Shown: positions 38,488-47,004 of the stretch, in pieces | How the letters are laid out: the number at the start of each line of letters is the position of its first letter | Position numbering within the stretch: the first letter of the stretch is position 1 | Assembly: GCA_046154725.1 (NCBI GenBank) | Contig: JBJXFO010000138.1 | Location: 5,965-69,964 of the forward strand | Direction: 5' to 3' | DNA: 64,000 bases | DNA from: Parvularculaceae bacterium | GTDB lineage: Bacteria; Pseudomonadota; Alphaproteobacteria; Caulobacterales; Parvularculaceae | Translations under genes and position numbers: made by a program | The notes under the pieces: generated by a model | Seen by the model: the letters and a program-made list of their open reading frames with translations, nothing else | What the model was told of the DNA's origin: nothing | Databases searched by the model: none

Positions 38488-39494
38488 TCAAAGCCGCGCT
38501 GATTGACCTCGCCCGCCGCCTGCCCAAGGCGGAATTGCACCTTCATATCGAGGGAAGCCTCGAGCCGGAAATGCTGTTCGCGCTCGCCAAGCGTAACGGA
38601 GTCGCAATCCTGTTCCGCTCGGTTGAAGAGGTGCGCGCGGCGTATCAATTCTCGAACCTTCAGGATTTCCTCAACATCTATTATCAGGGCATGGCTGTTC
38701 TGCAGACGGAGGAAGATTTCTTCGACCTCACGATGGCCTATCTGAACCGCGCGCGCGCCGACAATGTGCGTCACGCCGAGATTTTCTTCGACCCGCAAGG
38801 GCACACGGCGCGCGGCGTTCCGTTCGACGTTGCGATCAGCGGCATTCTGACGGCGCTGTCGATGAGCCGCGCGCAGTTCGGCATGACGTCAAAGCTCATC
38901 CTGTGTTTCCTGCGCCACCTTTCCGAGGACGACGCCTTTGCAACGCTGAACATGGCTGAGCCATGGCTCGATCGGCTTGCCGGCGTTGGCCTCGATTCGT
39001 CTGAGACCGGCCACCCGCCGGCGAAATTCGCCCGCGTGTTCGCGGCGGCGCGCGCGCGCGGGCTGAAGCTCGTTGCGCATGCCGGCGAAGAGGGGCCGCC
39101 GGACTACGTCCGCGAGGCGCTCGATGTCTTGCAGGTGGACCGCCTCGATCACGGCAATCGCTGTCTCGAAGATGACGCGCTGGTCGCGCGCCTTGCGGCG
39201 TCGGGCATGACGCTGACGGTTTGCCCGCTGTCGAATCTTAAACTTTGCATCATCAAGGATATGCGCTCGCACCCGCTAAAGCGGATGCTGGCTGCGGGAC
39301 TGCGCGCGACAGTCAATTCCGACGATCCGGCCTATTTCGGCGGCTATGTGATGGCGAATTTTGCGGCCGTCATCGAGGCGCTTGATCTTGGTGCGGACGA
39401 TATCCGTGCGCTGGCGAAAAATTCCTTCGCCGGATCGTTCCTCGAAGTCGGCCAGAAGCGCGCGCATCTGGCAGCGATCGAGAAGATTACGTAG
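38484..39494 (+). CDS. adenosine/adenine deaminase (ADA superfamily)
   Basis: LPKAELHLHIEGSL (HxH metal site), HAGEEGP and SDDPAYFGGY. The motif set resembles the adenine-deaminase subgroup of ADA-like enzymes. Confidence 0.85.
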   Translation: MIKAALIDLARRLPKAELHLHIEGSLEPEMLFALAKRNGVAILFRSVEEVRAAYQFSNLQDFLNIYYQGMAVLQTEEDFFDLTMAYLNRARADNVRHAEIFFDPQGHTARGVPFDVAISGILTALSMSRAQFGMTSKLILCFLRHLSEDDAFATLNMAEPWLDRLAGVGLDSSETGHPPAKFARVFAAARARGLKLVAHAGEEGPPDYVREALDVLQVDRLDHGNRCLEDDALVARLAASGMTLTVCPLSNLKLCIIKDMRSHPLKRMLAAGLRATVNSDDPAYFGGYVMANFAAVIEALDLGADDIRALAKNSFAGSFLEVGQKRAHLAAIEKIT

Positions 39495-39698
39495 GAACGG
39501 GCTTCAGCAAGCCAATTCTGGGCGGTTAAAGGCTTTGCCCTGCAATTCACACCGCCATCGCCGGGGGGGCGCGACTCCCGCGCGAATAAAGGGTCCACGT
39601 AGCGCCGCATCACCTGCTTCGCCATGGATTCCACGTTCCCCCACGGAGTGGCCCGGAAAGTATAGCGATGTATGAGCCGCTATCACCGCACGTGGGCA

Positions 39699-40253
39699 TC
39701 AATCGTTGTGGATGCGGCTGATTTTCGAGCCCTCAAGCGCGAGATTGTACATCAGGCCTTTGCCGTCGAAGATAAAAGCGACGATCGGCTGGTTGAGTTC
39801 CTTGGTGTCAATCTGCGCGCCGGCTCCGAGCGTGATGACCGTGACTGAGGCGTCAACCCCGATCTCCCACCCCTGGCTGGAGCGGAACTTGTCGAGCGCG
39901 CCCTGGTCGAGAAAGACGATGATCTGGCGGCGCTCCTGCGCGCCGAGCTGGAAGCCGATCGAGGCGGCCGCCGATGAATAATAGGCGACATTGCGCCCGC
40001 CAATGCGCAAGGCGCCTTGCCCATATTCGCCGCCGACGCCGAAGCCCGCTTTTTTGATCGAGGGAAACACAAGAACGCCGACCGCGCGGCTGAGCACCGC
40101 ATCGGCGCCGCCGATCTGGTCGCGAAACTCGGCCAACGCTGTCGTGACGCGCCGGTCGATTTTCGACTTGGACGCGGCGTCCGCAGGCGCGGCGAGCAAC
40201 AGCGGCAGGATCAACGCTATTGCTGCAAAAACGGGAAAACGAATACTGCTCAT
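39699..40253 (-). CDS. SYLF (Ysc84/DUF500) lipid-binding domain protein, secreted
   Basis: The ATG at 40253 gives the signal peptide MSSIRFPVFAAIALILPLLLAAPADA. The body (GVLVFPSIKKAGFGVGGEYGQGAL., SIGFQLGAQ, GVDASV) matches the SYLF pattern. Confidence 0.7.
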   Translation of the reverse strand: MSSIRFPVFAAIALILPLLLAAPADAASKSKIDRRVTTALAEFRDQIGGADAVLSRAVGVLVFPSIKKAGFGVGGEYGQGALRIGGRNVAYYSSAAASIGFQLGAQERRQIIVFLDQGALDKFRSSQGWEIGVDASVTVITLGAGAQIDTKELNQPIVAFIFDGKGLMYNLALEGSKISRIHND

Positions 40254-40354
40254 GATAACCCCTGTTGTTCCGGCGCGCCGGACGTAAAACCGGCGGCTGT
40301 CAGGCGTAAACACTCTGAGGCGCGTTTCGTTCCGCCGCAACGCTGATGTCGAGG

Positions 40355-41032
40355 TCAGCTTGCGGCGCGCGCCAAGGCCGCGCGAAACGCCGCCAGTCGC
40401 CCGGAATATCGCTCATCCATAGTAGCTCGCGCTGCCGGCGATGCTTTTTCCGGCGAGCCAGCGTCAAAGGGCGGGGCCGGGTCATATTCAATTGCCAGTT
40501 GGATCGCGCGCGCCACGTCCTCGCCGGCAATCTCGGCCGTCAGCGTCAGCGCGAAATCGATCCCCGCCGTCACGCCGCCGCCGGTGAAAAGATTGCCGTC
40601 GCGGACAACACGGTCCTTGACGGGGATTGCGCCGACCAGCGTCAGCATATCGTGATAGGCCCAGTGCGTGGTCGCACGGCGGCCTTTCAAGAGGCCTGCG
40701 GCGCCCAGAATGAACGCGCCGGTGCAAACAGAGGTCACATATCGCGCCCGTGCGCCTTCGCGGCGGACAAACGCCATCAGGCCTGCATCGTTCATTGCAT
40801 CATCGACGCCAAAGCCGCCCGGAGCGACCAGAACATCCGCAGGCGGACAATCGGCGAACGCGCAGCTCGGGTTGAGCGTCAAGGTCGCGTCGGTTGTCAC
40901 CGGCGCAAGCGATGACGCGGCAATGTGAACCTTGGCGCCGGGCAGGCGAGACAGCACCTGCAAAGGCCCGGTGAAATCGAGCTGCGTGACGTTCGGAAAC
41001 AGAACGAAGACAATGTTGAGCGGCGGCGTCAT
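40355..41032 (-). CDS. DJ-1/PfpI family protein (isonitrile-hydratase-like class I glutamine amidotransferase fold)
   Basis: The nucleophile elbow is VTSVCTGAFILGAAGLL. The ATG at 41032 forms an ATGA overlap with the upstream gene's stop. Confidence 0.8.
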   Translation of the reverse strand: MTPPLNIVFVLFPNVTQLDFTGPLQVLSRLPGAKVHIAASSLAPVTTDATLTLNPSCAFADCPPADVLVAPGGFGVDDAMNDAGLMAFVRREGARARYVTSVCTGAFILGAAGLLKGRRATTHWAYHDMLTLVGAIPVKDRVVRDGNLFTGGGVTAGIDFALTLTAEIAGEDVARAIQLAIEYDPAPPFDAGSPEKASPAARATMDERYSGRLAAFRAALARAAS

Positions 41033-41397
41033 CTGGAAACCCATCCAGCGATAATCTCCAACACCTCATGCGGGTCACGGCCCGATTTGTCGATCCACTT
41101 TTGCGATGGCCCGCGCCAGCGGCAAGACCTCCAATCGACAGCGCCGTTCTTCCGGAAGGCGACGCCCTCTTTTTTCAGACGGCGGCGCTGTTCCTCGGCG
41201 CCGTCATGATCGGCGGGCGCGCCTGAAGCCGTGACGATGCGATACCAGGGAAGATTTTTCGGCGCCGTCCACAGTGCCCGCGCCACCTGTCGTGGACCGG
41301 CGCCGGGGATGAGGCTGGCGATCATGCCGTAACTCGCAGCTTCGCCCGCGGGCACTTCGAAGATCAGAGCATGTATGGATATCGGATCCGTCGTCAT
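41029..41397 (-). CDS. MGMT-family DNA-binding protein, alkyltransferase-like (active-site Cys replaced by Trp)
   Basis: VPAGEAASYGMIASL..GPRQVARAL......LPWYRIV aligns with the MGMT C-terminal domain. It has PWYR in place of the PCHR acceptor motif, as in ATL proteins (PWHRV in E. coli YbaZ). Confidence 0.7.
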   Translation of the reverse strand: MTTDPISIHALIFEVPAGEAASYGMIASLIPGAGPRQVARALWTAPKNLPWYRIVTASGAPADHDGAEEQRRRLKKEGVAFRKNGAVDWRSCRWRGPSQKWIDKSGRDPHEVLEIIAGWVSR

Positions 41398-41405
41398 GCC
41401 ATCGC

Positions 41406-42602
41406 CTAAGCGACCTCAAACAACCCCGCCGCGCCCATGCCGCCGCCGACGCACATGGTGCAGACGACGTATTTCGCCTTGCGGCGCTTTCCTTCGATGA
41501 GCGCGTGGCCGACCATCCGCGCGCCGGACATGCCATAGGGATGGCCAATCGAAATCGCGCCGCCATTGACGTTCAATAGCTCGTTCGGAATGCCGAGCTT
41601 GTCGCGGCTGTAAAGCACCTGCACGGCGAACGCCTCGTTCAATTCCCACAGGCCGATGTCGCTGACCTTGAGGCCGAACTTCTGCAGCAGCTTCGGCACG
41701 GCGTAGACGGGTCCGATGCCCATTTCGTCCGGGTGCGTGCCGGCGACCGCCATGCCGCGATAAATGCCGAGCGGCGTCAGCCCGCGCCGCGCCGCCTCTT
41801 TCGCTTCCATGACGACGGCGGCGGAGGCGCCGTCCGACAACTGCGAGGCATTGCCAGCGGTGATGTGCTTGCCTTCGGTCACTTTCTGGCCGCCCTTGAA
41901 AACAGGCTTCAATCCCTTCAACGCCTCTAACGTCGTTTCCGGGCGGTTGCCTTCGTCTTTCTCAATCGTGACGTTGTGCTCGCTCGTCGCGCCCGTCGTC
42001 TTGTCGGTCATCGCCATCACGGAGGCGAGCGGCACAATCTCGTCGTCGAATTTGCCCGCCAATTGCGCCGCATATGTCCGCTGTTGCGATTGCAGCGAAT
42101 ATTCATCCTGCGCGTCTCGGCTGATCTTATAACGCTCGCCGACGATCTCGGCGGTCTCTATCATCTGCATGAAAGTCTCGGGCATGTTGGCGAGCAGCCA
42201 TTTGTCGGTGCGCACAAACATGTCGGTTGTCTGATTGGTCGAGATCGATTCAACGCCGCCGCCGATTGCGACCTGCATGTTATCGACGATGACCTGCTTG
42301 GCGGCGGTTGCAATCGCCATCATGCCGCTGGCGCATTGCCGGTCGAGGCTCATGCCGGAGACGCCAATCGAAAATCCGGCGCGCAAGGCGGACTGGCGCG
42401 CGACGTTCTGGAACGCCGTTCCCTGCTGAATCGCGCAGCCCATGACAACGTCTTCGATCTCGGCAGGATCGACCTTGGCGCGCATTGCGGCGTGGCGGAT
42501 TGCATGCGCGCCAAGCTCCGGCGCGCCGGTCGCGTTGAAGGCGCCGCGATAGGCCTTGCCAATCGGGGTTCTGGCGGTTGAAACGATGATGGCCTCGCGC
42601 AT
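41406..42602 (-). CDS. acetyl-CoA C-acyltransferase (thiolase)
   Basis: Active-site regions [14 protein letters not shown] and [16 protein letters not shown], with C-terminal CVGGGMG. Confidence 0.9.
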   Translation of the reverse strand: MREAIIVSTARTPIGKAYRGAFNATGAPELGAHAIRHAAMRAKVDPAEIEDVVMGCAIQQGTAFQNVARQSALRAGFSIGVSGMSLDRQCASGMMAIATAAKQVIVDNMQVAIGGGVESISTNQTTDMFVRTDKWLLANMPETFMQMIETAEIVGERYKISRDAQDEYSLQSQQRTYAAQLAGKFDDEIVPLASVMAMTDKTTGATSEHNVTIEKDEGNRPETTLEALKGLKPVFKGGQKVTEGKHITAGNASQLSDGASAAVVMEAKEAARRGLTPLGIYRGMAVAGTHPDEMGIGPVYAVPKLLQKFGLKVSDIGLWELNEAFAVQVLYSRDKLGIPNELLNVNGGAISIGHPYGMSGARMVGHALIEGKRRKAKYVVCTMCVGGGMGAAGLFEVA

Positions 42603-42623
42603 GGCGCTCTCCTGTTGGCAGCG

Positions 42624-43538
42624 TTATTCTTGTGCGTGCGCCTGAGCTTTGGTCAAGAAATTCATGTTCGGCCCGGCGCTGGTTTCGTAATAGCGGACCG
42701 TGTTGATGTCCGAGATCGTCTCCCACATCGCGGCGATGTTCTCCGGCGTTTGCTCTGCTGGCGGAAGATAAATGCCGTCGGTTTCCGCGACATAGGCTCT
42801 GGCATATCCGCCGGCGGCGCAGGAAAGGATCGCGCGGCTCGGCGCGTCCTCGCTGACGAGATAGATAAGTCCCGCGGTAATCGATTCCGGCGTCATTGTT
42901 TCCAGCAGGGCGTCCGGAATGCCGATATCTTCGGTCATGCGTGTCTTCGCCGACGGGGAGAGAAGATTGAAGCGGATGTTGTACTTGCCGCCCTCAAGGT
43001 GAAGCGCGTTCATAAAGCCGATCATGCCGGCCTTCGCGGCGCCGTAATTGGCCTGCCCGAAAATGCCGTAAAGACCGGACGGAGACGACGTGGCGATGAT
43101 GCGGCCATAGGCTTGCGTGCGCATGATCTCCCAGACGGCTTTCGTGCAAACGGCGGTGCCAACAAGATGCACGTCGATGACAGCGCGGAAATCAGCCATG
43201 TCCATCTTGGCGAAGGTCTTGTCGCGCAGGATGCCGGCATTGTTGACGAGGATATCGACGCGGCCCCATTTTTTCATTGCGGCGTCGACCATCGCGCCAG
43301 CATCTGCGTCATTGGTGACGTTGGCGCCGTTGGTGATGGCTTCGCCGCCGGCCTTGCGGATTTCCTCGACAACAGTTTCGGCGGCCGACAGCGATGATCC
43401 CGTCCCGTCGCGCGCGCCGCCCAGATCATTGACAACCACTTTCGCGCCGCGCGCCGCAAGCGCCAGCGCATGGCTTCGCCCGAGGCCATTGCCGGCCCCG
43501 GTAACAATCGCGACCTTGCCGTCAAATCTGATAGCCAA
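42624..43538 (-). CDS. SDR oxidoreductase, MFE-2/HSD17B4-type (3R)-hydroxyacyl-CoA dehydrogenase-like
   Basis: GKVAIVTGAGNGLGRSHALALAARGAKVVVNDLGG....VNNAGILRD..F......YGRII.TSS.SG.YG.FGQANY.AAK is nearly collinear with the dehydrogenase domain of peroxisomal MFE-2. The start is set to the TTG at 43538, preceded by AGGAG at 8 nt. The longer listed ORF overlaps the OsmC gene. Confidence 0.85.
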   Translation of the reverse strand: MAIRFDGKVAIVTGAGNGLGRSHALALAARGAKVVVNDLGGARDGTGSSLSAAETVVEEIRKAGGEAITNGANVTNDADAGAMVDAAMKKWGRVDILVNNAGILRDKTFAKMDMADFRAVIDVHLVGTAVCTKAVWEIMRTQAYGRIIATSSPSGLYGIFGQANYGAAKAGMIGFMNALHLEGGKYNIRFNLLSPSAKTRMTEDIGIPDALLETMTPESITAGLIYLVSEDAPSRAILSCAAGGYARAYVAETDGIYLPPAEQTPENIAAMWETISDINTVRYYETSAGPNMNFLTKAQAHAQE

Positions 43539-43549
43539 CGCGAAAACTC

Positions 43550-43999
43550 CTACTTCGAATGAACAATGACCAGCGTTTTCACCGACTGGGCGATGAAACA
43601 ATTCTCATGTGCGTCGTGATGCATTTTTTTCATGGTTGCGGCATCGACCTCGACGCCCGGTGCGAACGTTACGTGCGGATGGAGATCGACGCTGGTGATC
43701 GCGAGCTTGCCACTGGCGTTTTTGTCCATGCGCCCGACCGCGCGATCGCTGTAGGCGTCAACGGTCAGCTTTTTCTTTGCCGCGATCGCCAGAAACGTCA
43801 GCATATGGCAGCTGCAAAGAGCGGCAACATACGCTTCTTCCGGATCGACATGCGTTGGATCGCCCTTGAAAGCAGGCGCCGCCGACCCTGGCACAACGAC
43901 GCCGCCGTCGAAACGCCAGTCGTGCGCGCGGTTATAATGGTCGTAGGCAAAGCTCTCGCTCGTCCGCGTCCAGACTATTTCCGCGACATGTTCGGACAT
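43550..43999 (-). CDS. OsmC family peroxiredoxin-like protein
   Basis: 149-aa ORF with the two conserved Cys contexts (ALCSCHMLTF and HENCFIA). Confidence 0.8.
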   Translation of the reverse strand: MSEHVAEIVWTRTSESFAYDHYNRAHDWRFDGGVVVPGSAAPAFKGDPTHVDPEEAYVAALCSCHMLTFLAIAAKKKLTVDAYSDRAVGRMDKNASGKLAITSVDLHPHVTFAPGVEVDAATMKKMHHDAHENCFIAQSVKTLVIVHSK

Positions 44000-44006
44000 T
44001 TCGCTC

Positions 44007-44462
44007 TCACACGAATTGCATCGACAGCCATTCGGCCATCAGCGCGGGTTTTTCTTCGCCCTCGATTTCGACCTTGACGGCATATTTGAACTGCCACTGG
44101 CCGGCGGATTTCTCTTCGGCGCTCATCAGCGTGAAGCTGCCGCGAATGCGCTTGCCGGACTTGACCGGCGCCAGAAAGCGAACCTTATCGAAGCCGTAAT
44201 TCACACCCATCTTGACGCCATCGAGCACCAGAAGCGAGGTCTTCGCGAGGTGCGAAAGCATCGACAGCGTCAAAAAGCCGTGAGCGACCGTGCCGCCGAA
44301 CGGCGTTTTGGCGGCGGCCTTCGGATCGACATGGATGAATTGATGGTCTTCTGTGACGTCCGCGAAGATGTTGATGCGGTTCTGATCGATCACTGACCAG
44401 TCAGAAACGCCGGTCTCTTTGCCGATAAAGTCTTTGAGATCTTCTTTTTTGACGACCTTCAT
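44007..44462 (-). CDS. MaoC-family (R)-specific enoyl-CoA hydratase
   Basis: The ATG at 44462 gives a 151-aa hot-dog protein with the hydratase motif FADVTEDHQFIHVDP.....PFGGTVAHG. Upstream codons of the listed ORF are Arg-rich junk. Confidence 0.85.
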   Translation of the reverse strand: MKVVKKEDLKDFIGKETGVSDWSVIDQNRINIFADVTEDHQFIHVDPKAAAKTPFGGTVAHGFLTLSMLSHLAKTSLLVLDGVKMGVNYGFDKVRFLAPVKSGKRIRGSFTLMSAEEKSAGQWQFKYAVKVEIEGEEKPALMAEWLSMQFV

Positions 44463-44473
44463 GGCTCGTCTCC

Positions 44474-45613
44474 CTAATAGCCGCGCAGCCGCGCGATGCG
44501 GTCGGCGTGGTAGTGGCTGTCGCCGAACAATTCCTGCGCGACGCGGATGCGCTTCATGTAAAGGCCGATGTCGTATTCGTCGGTCATGCCGACGCCGCCA
44601 AACATTTGAATGGCTTCCTGGCTCGCCAATTTGGCGACGTCGCCGGCCTTGGCTTTGGCGAGCGAGGCAGTCACAGACGCCATGCCGAAGGCGTTGTCGA
44701 GATCCTGCAAAGATTTCAACACAACTGACTTCATCAGCTCGACTTCGCAATAAAGTTGCGCGGCGCGGTGCTGCAACGCCTGGAACGAGCCGATCGACTT
44801 GCCGAATTGCGTCCGCTGTTTGAGATAGTCCGTAGTCATTGCAAAAGCCTGCTGCGCCGCTCCCGACAATTCAGCGGCGAGACCCGCGCGCCCGGCCGAC
44901 AAGATGCCGTCAAGCGCGGCGTGGCCGTTGTCAATCTCGCCGATCAAATCCTCGCCAGTAACCGCGACATTCTCGAAGACAAGGCGCGCGGCATTGCGGC
45001 TGTCGACCATCGCCGTGCGCTCGGCGCTGACGCCTTTAGCCTTTGCGTCAACGAGGAAGAGCGAAAGTCCGGCCTCATCTCCGGGGGCGCCAGCGGTGCG
45101 GGCTGCAACGATGATCTTGTCGGCGATATGCCCGTCGGCGACAAACGTTTTTGCGCCGGACAGGCGGAACCCGTTGCCGGATTTCTCCGCCGTCATCTCC
45201 GTTGCGGCGGGGCCATGCTTGCGGCCTTCATCAACGCCCAGCGCCATGACCATAGCGCCAGCGGCGATTTTCGGCAAAAATTCGCCGCGCTGTGCGTCGC
45301 TGCCAAATTTGTTGAGCGCGGTCGCGCCGAGAATGGCGGTCGACAGGAATGGCGAGGCCGTCAGCGTACGGCCCATTTCCTCGGCGAGAACACCGGCGCC
45401 GACGAACCCGAAGCCTGAGCCGCCATGCGCCTCATCGACGAGGATGCCGGCCCAGCCCATCTCTGCCATCTCTTTCCAGAGTTTGACGGAATAGCCCGCC
45501 TCCGACCGCTCGTCGCGCAGCGTTCGGAGCATGGCTACGGGGGCCTTCTCATCAAGAAATCCGCGTGCGGACTCTTTGAGCATTTCCTGTTCTTCGGTGA
45601 GGACGAGCGGCAT
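44474..45613 (-). CDS. acyl-CoA dehydrogenase
   Basis: The ATG at 45613 gives MPLVLTEEQEMLKESARGFL. It has an ACAD N/M/C domain pattern and C-terminal QMFGG.G...E. Confidence 0.85.
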   Translation of the reverse strand: MPLVLTEEQEMLKESARGFLDEKAPVAMLRTLRDERSEAGYSVKLWKEMAEMGWAGILVDEAHGGSGFGFVGAGVLAEEMGRTLTASPFLSTAILGATALNKFGSDAQRGEFLPKIAAGAMVMALGVDEGRKHGPAATEMTAEKSGNGFRLSGAKTFVADGHIADKIIVAARTAGAPGDEAGLSLFLVDAKAKGVSAERTAMVDSRNAARLVFENVAVTGEDLIGEIDNGHAALDGILSAGRAGLAAELSGAAQQAFAMTTDYLKQRTQFGKSIGSFQALQHRAAQLYCEVELMKSVVLKSLQDLDNAFGMASVTASLAKAKAGDVAKLASQEAIQMFGGVGMTDEYDIGLYMKRIRVAQELFGDSHYHADRIARLRGY

Positions 45614-45621
45614 CAGCGTTC

Positions 45622-46827
45622 CTATGCGTCCGGCAATTCTAAAACGCGCTTGGCGATAATGTTCAGCTGCACTTCCGATGTGCCGCCCTCGATCGAGTTT
45701 GCTTTGGTGCGCAGCCAGGTCTTCGCCAGCTTCCCGTCTTCCGAGCGCGCGCCTTCCCATTCAAGCCCATCGGAGCCTGCCGCATCCATGAACAGTTCGA
45801 AGCGGCGCTTGTTGAATTCGGCGCCATAATATTTGAGCATTGACGACTTTGCGCCCATGCCTTGGCCTGCTTTCGATTCATCCTTGAGCCGTTCGATCGT
45901 CAGCAGAAACGCCCAGCCGTCGACCTCGGCCTGCGCCACTTTCGCGCGCAGCATCGGATCGGCAAGGCGCCCCCGGTCATCAAGGCCAATTTGCTGCGCG
46001 GCCATCTCGCCAATGCCGCGCCCGCCAAGGAGGCCGCCGCCGCCGGCGCCAATCATCTCGCGCTCGTGCGTCAGCAAATATTTGGCGACGTCCCAGCCGC
46101 GGTTCAGTGCGCCGACAATCGCACTCACGCCCGGTGCGTAGTCCTTCGGGACCTTCACGTTCTCGAAAAACGTTTCGCAGAATGGCGACTTGCCGGAAAT
46201 GAGGCGGATCGGCTTGGTCGAAACGCCCGGCGCCGTCATATCGACGAGCAGGAAGCTGATGCCGTCATGCTTTGCGGCTTTGCTATCCGTCCGGACAAGG
46301 ACGAAGATCCAGTCGCTCTCGTCCGCATAGGACGTCCAGACTTTTTGACCGTTGACGAGCCAGTGATCGCCCATATCGTCGCATTTGGTCGCAAGACTCG
46401 CGAGGTCAGAGCCTGCATTGGGCTCGGAATAGCCCTGACACCAGCGGATCTCCCCGCGCGCGATGGGGGGCAGGAACATCGCCTTTTGTTCGTGCGTCCC
46501 GTATTTGAGCAGCGCTGGCCCCAGCATCCAGATGCCGAAGCTTTCCAGCGGCGAGCACGCTTTCAATTTGCGCATCTCGTCCTTGAGGACTTTCACTTCC
46601 TCCTTGTCGAGCCCGCCGCCGCCGTATTCTTTGGGCCACGCAGGGACCGTCCATCCTTTCGCCGCCATGCGCTCGAGCCAGGTCTTTTGCGCCTCGGAGG
46701 CAAACTTCCAGCTGCGCCCGCCCCAGCAGATATGCTCCTCGCCCCCAGCGCCATCGCGCATTTCCGGCGGGCAGTTAGCCTCGATAAACGCGCGCGCATC
46801 TTTGCGGAAGGCCTCAAGGTCGGTCAT
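45622..46827 (-). CDS. acyl-CoA dehydrogenase
   Basis: The ATG at 46827 gives MTDLEAFRKDARAFIE. ACAD middle-domain motif CQGYSEPNAGSDLASL and C-terminal IEGGTSEVQLNIIAKR. Confidence 0.85.
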   Translation of the reverse strand: MTDLEAFRKDARAFIEANCPPEMRDGAGGEEHICWGGRSWKFASEAQKTWLERMAAKGWTVPAWPKEYGGGGLDKEEVKVLKDEMRKLKACSPLESFGIWMLGPALLKYGTHEQKAMFLPPIARGEIRWCQGYSEPNAGSDLASLATKCDDMGDHWLVNGQKVWTSYADESDWIFVLVRTDSKAAKHDGISFLLVDMTAPGVSTKPIRLISGKSPFCETFFENVKVPKDYAPGVSAIVGALNRGWDVAKYLLTHEREMIGAGGGGLLGGRGIGEMAAQQIGLDDRGRLADPMLRAKVAQAEVDGWAFLLTIERLKDESKAGQGMGAKSSMLKYYGAEFNKRRFELFMDAAGSDGLEWEGARSEDGKLAKTWLRTKANSIEGGTSEVQLNIIAKRVLELPDA

Positions 46828-47004
46828 CACTCGCGCTCCTGCAGCAGATCTTTCCTGTCGCCTCGGATAAGAGCCCCCGGCGCGACACAGCGCAATATCA
46901 ATTGACAGTCGCGGCAAGCGCCATGCCGGAAGGCCTTTCGTCGCATGGCGAAGCGGAGGGCGCGACTCGCACTAGCGTCAGCGTGTTGCCGCTCGTGCCC
47001 TTTT

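Noticed and set aside
39344-39634. 96-aa minus-strand ORF in the add / SYLF convergent gap
   Set aside because: More than half of it is antisense to the deaminase 3' end. It has no SD and no recognisable features.
45862-46905. 347-aa ORF antisense to the acyl-CoA dehydrogenase
   Set aside because: Shadow ORF. The minus-strand frame carries ACAD signature motifs.
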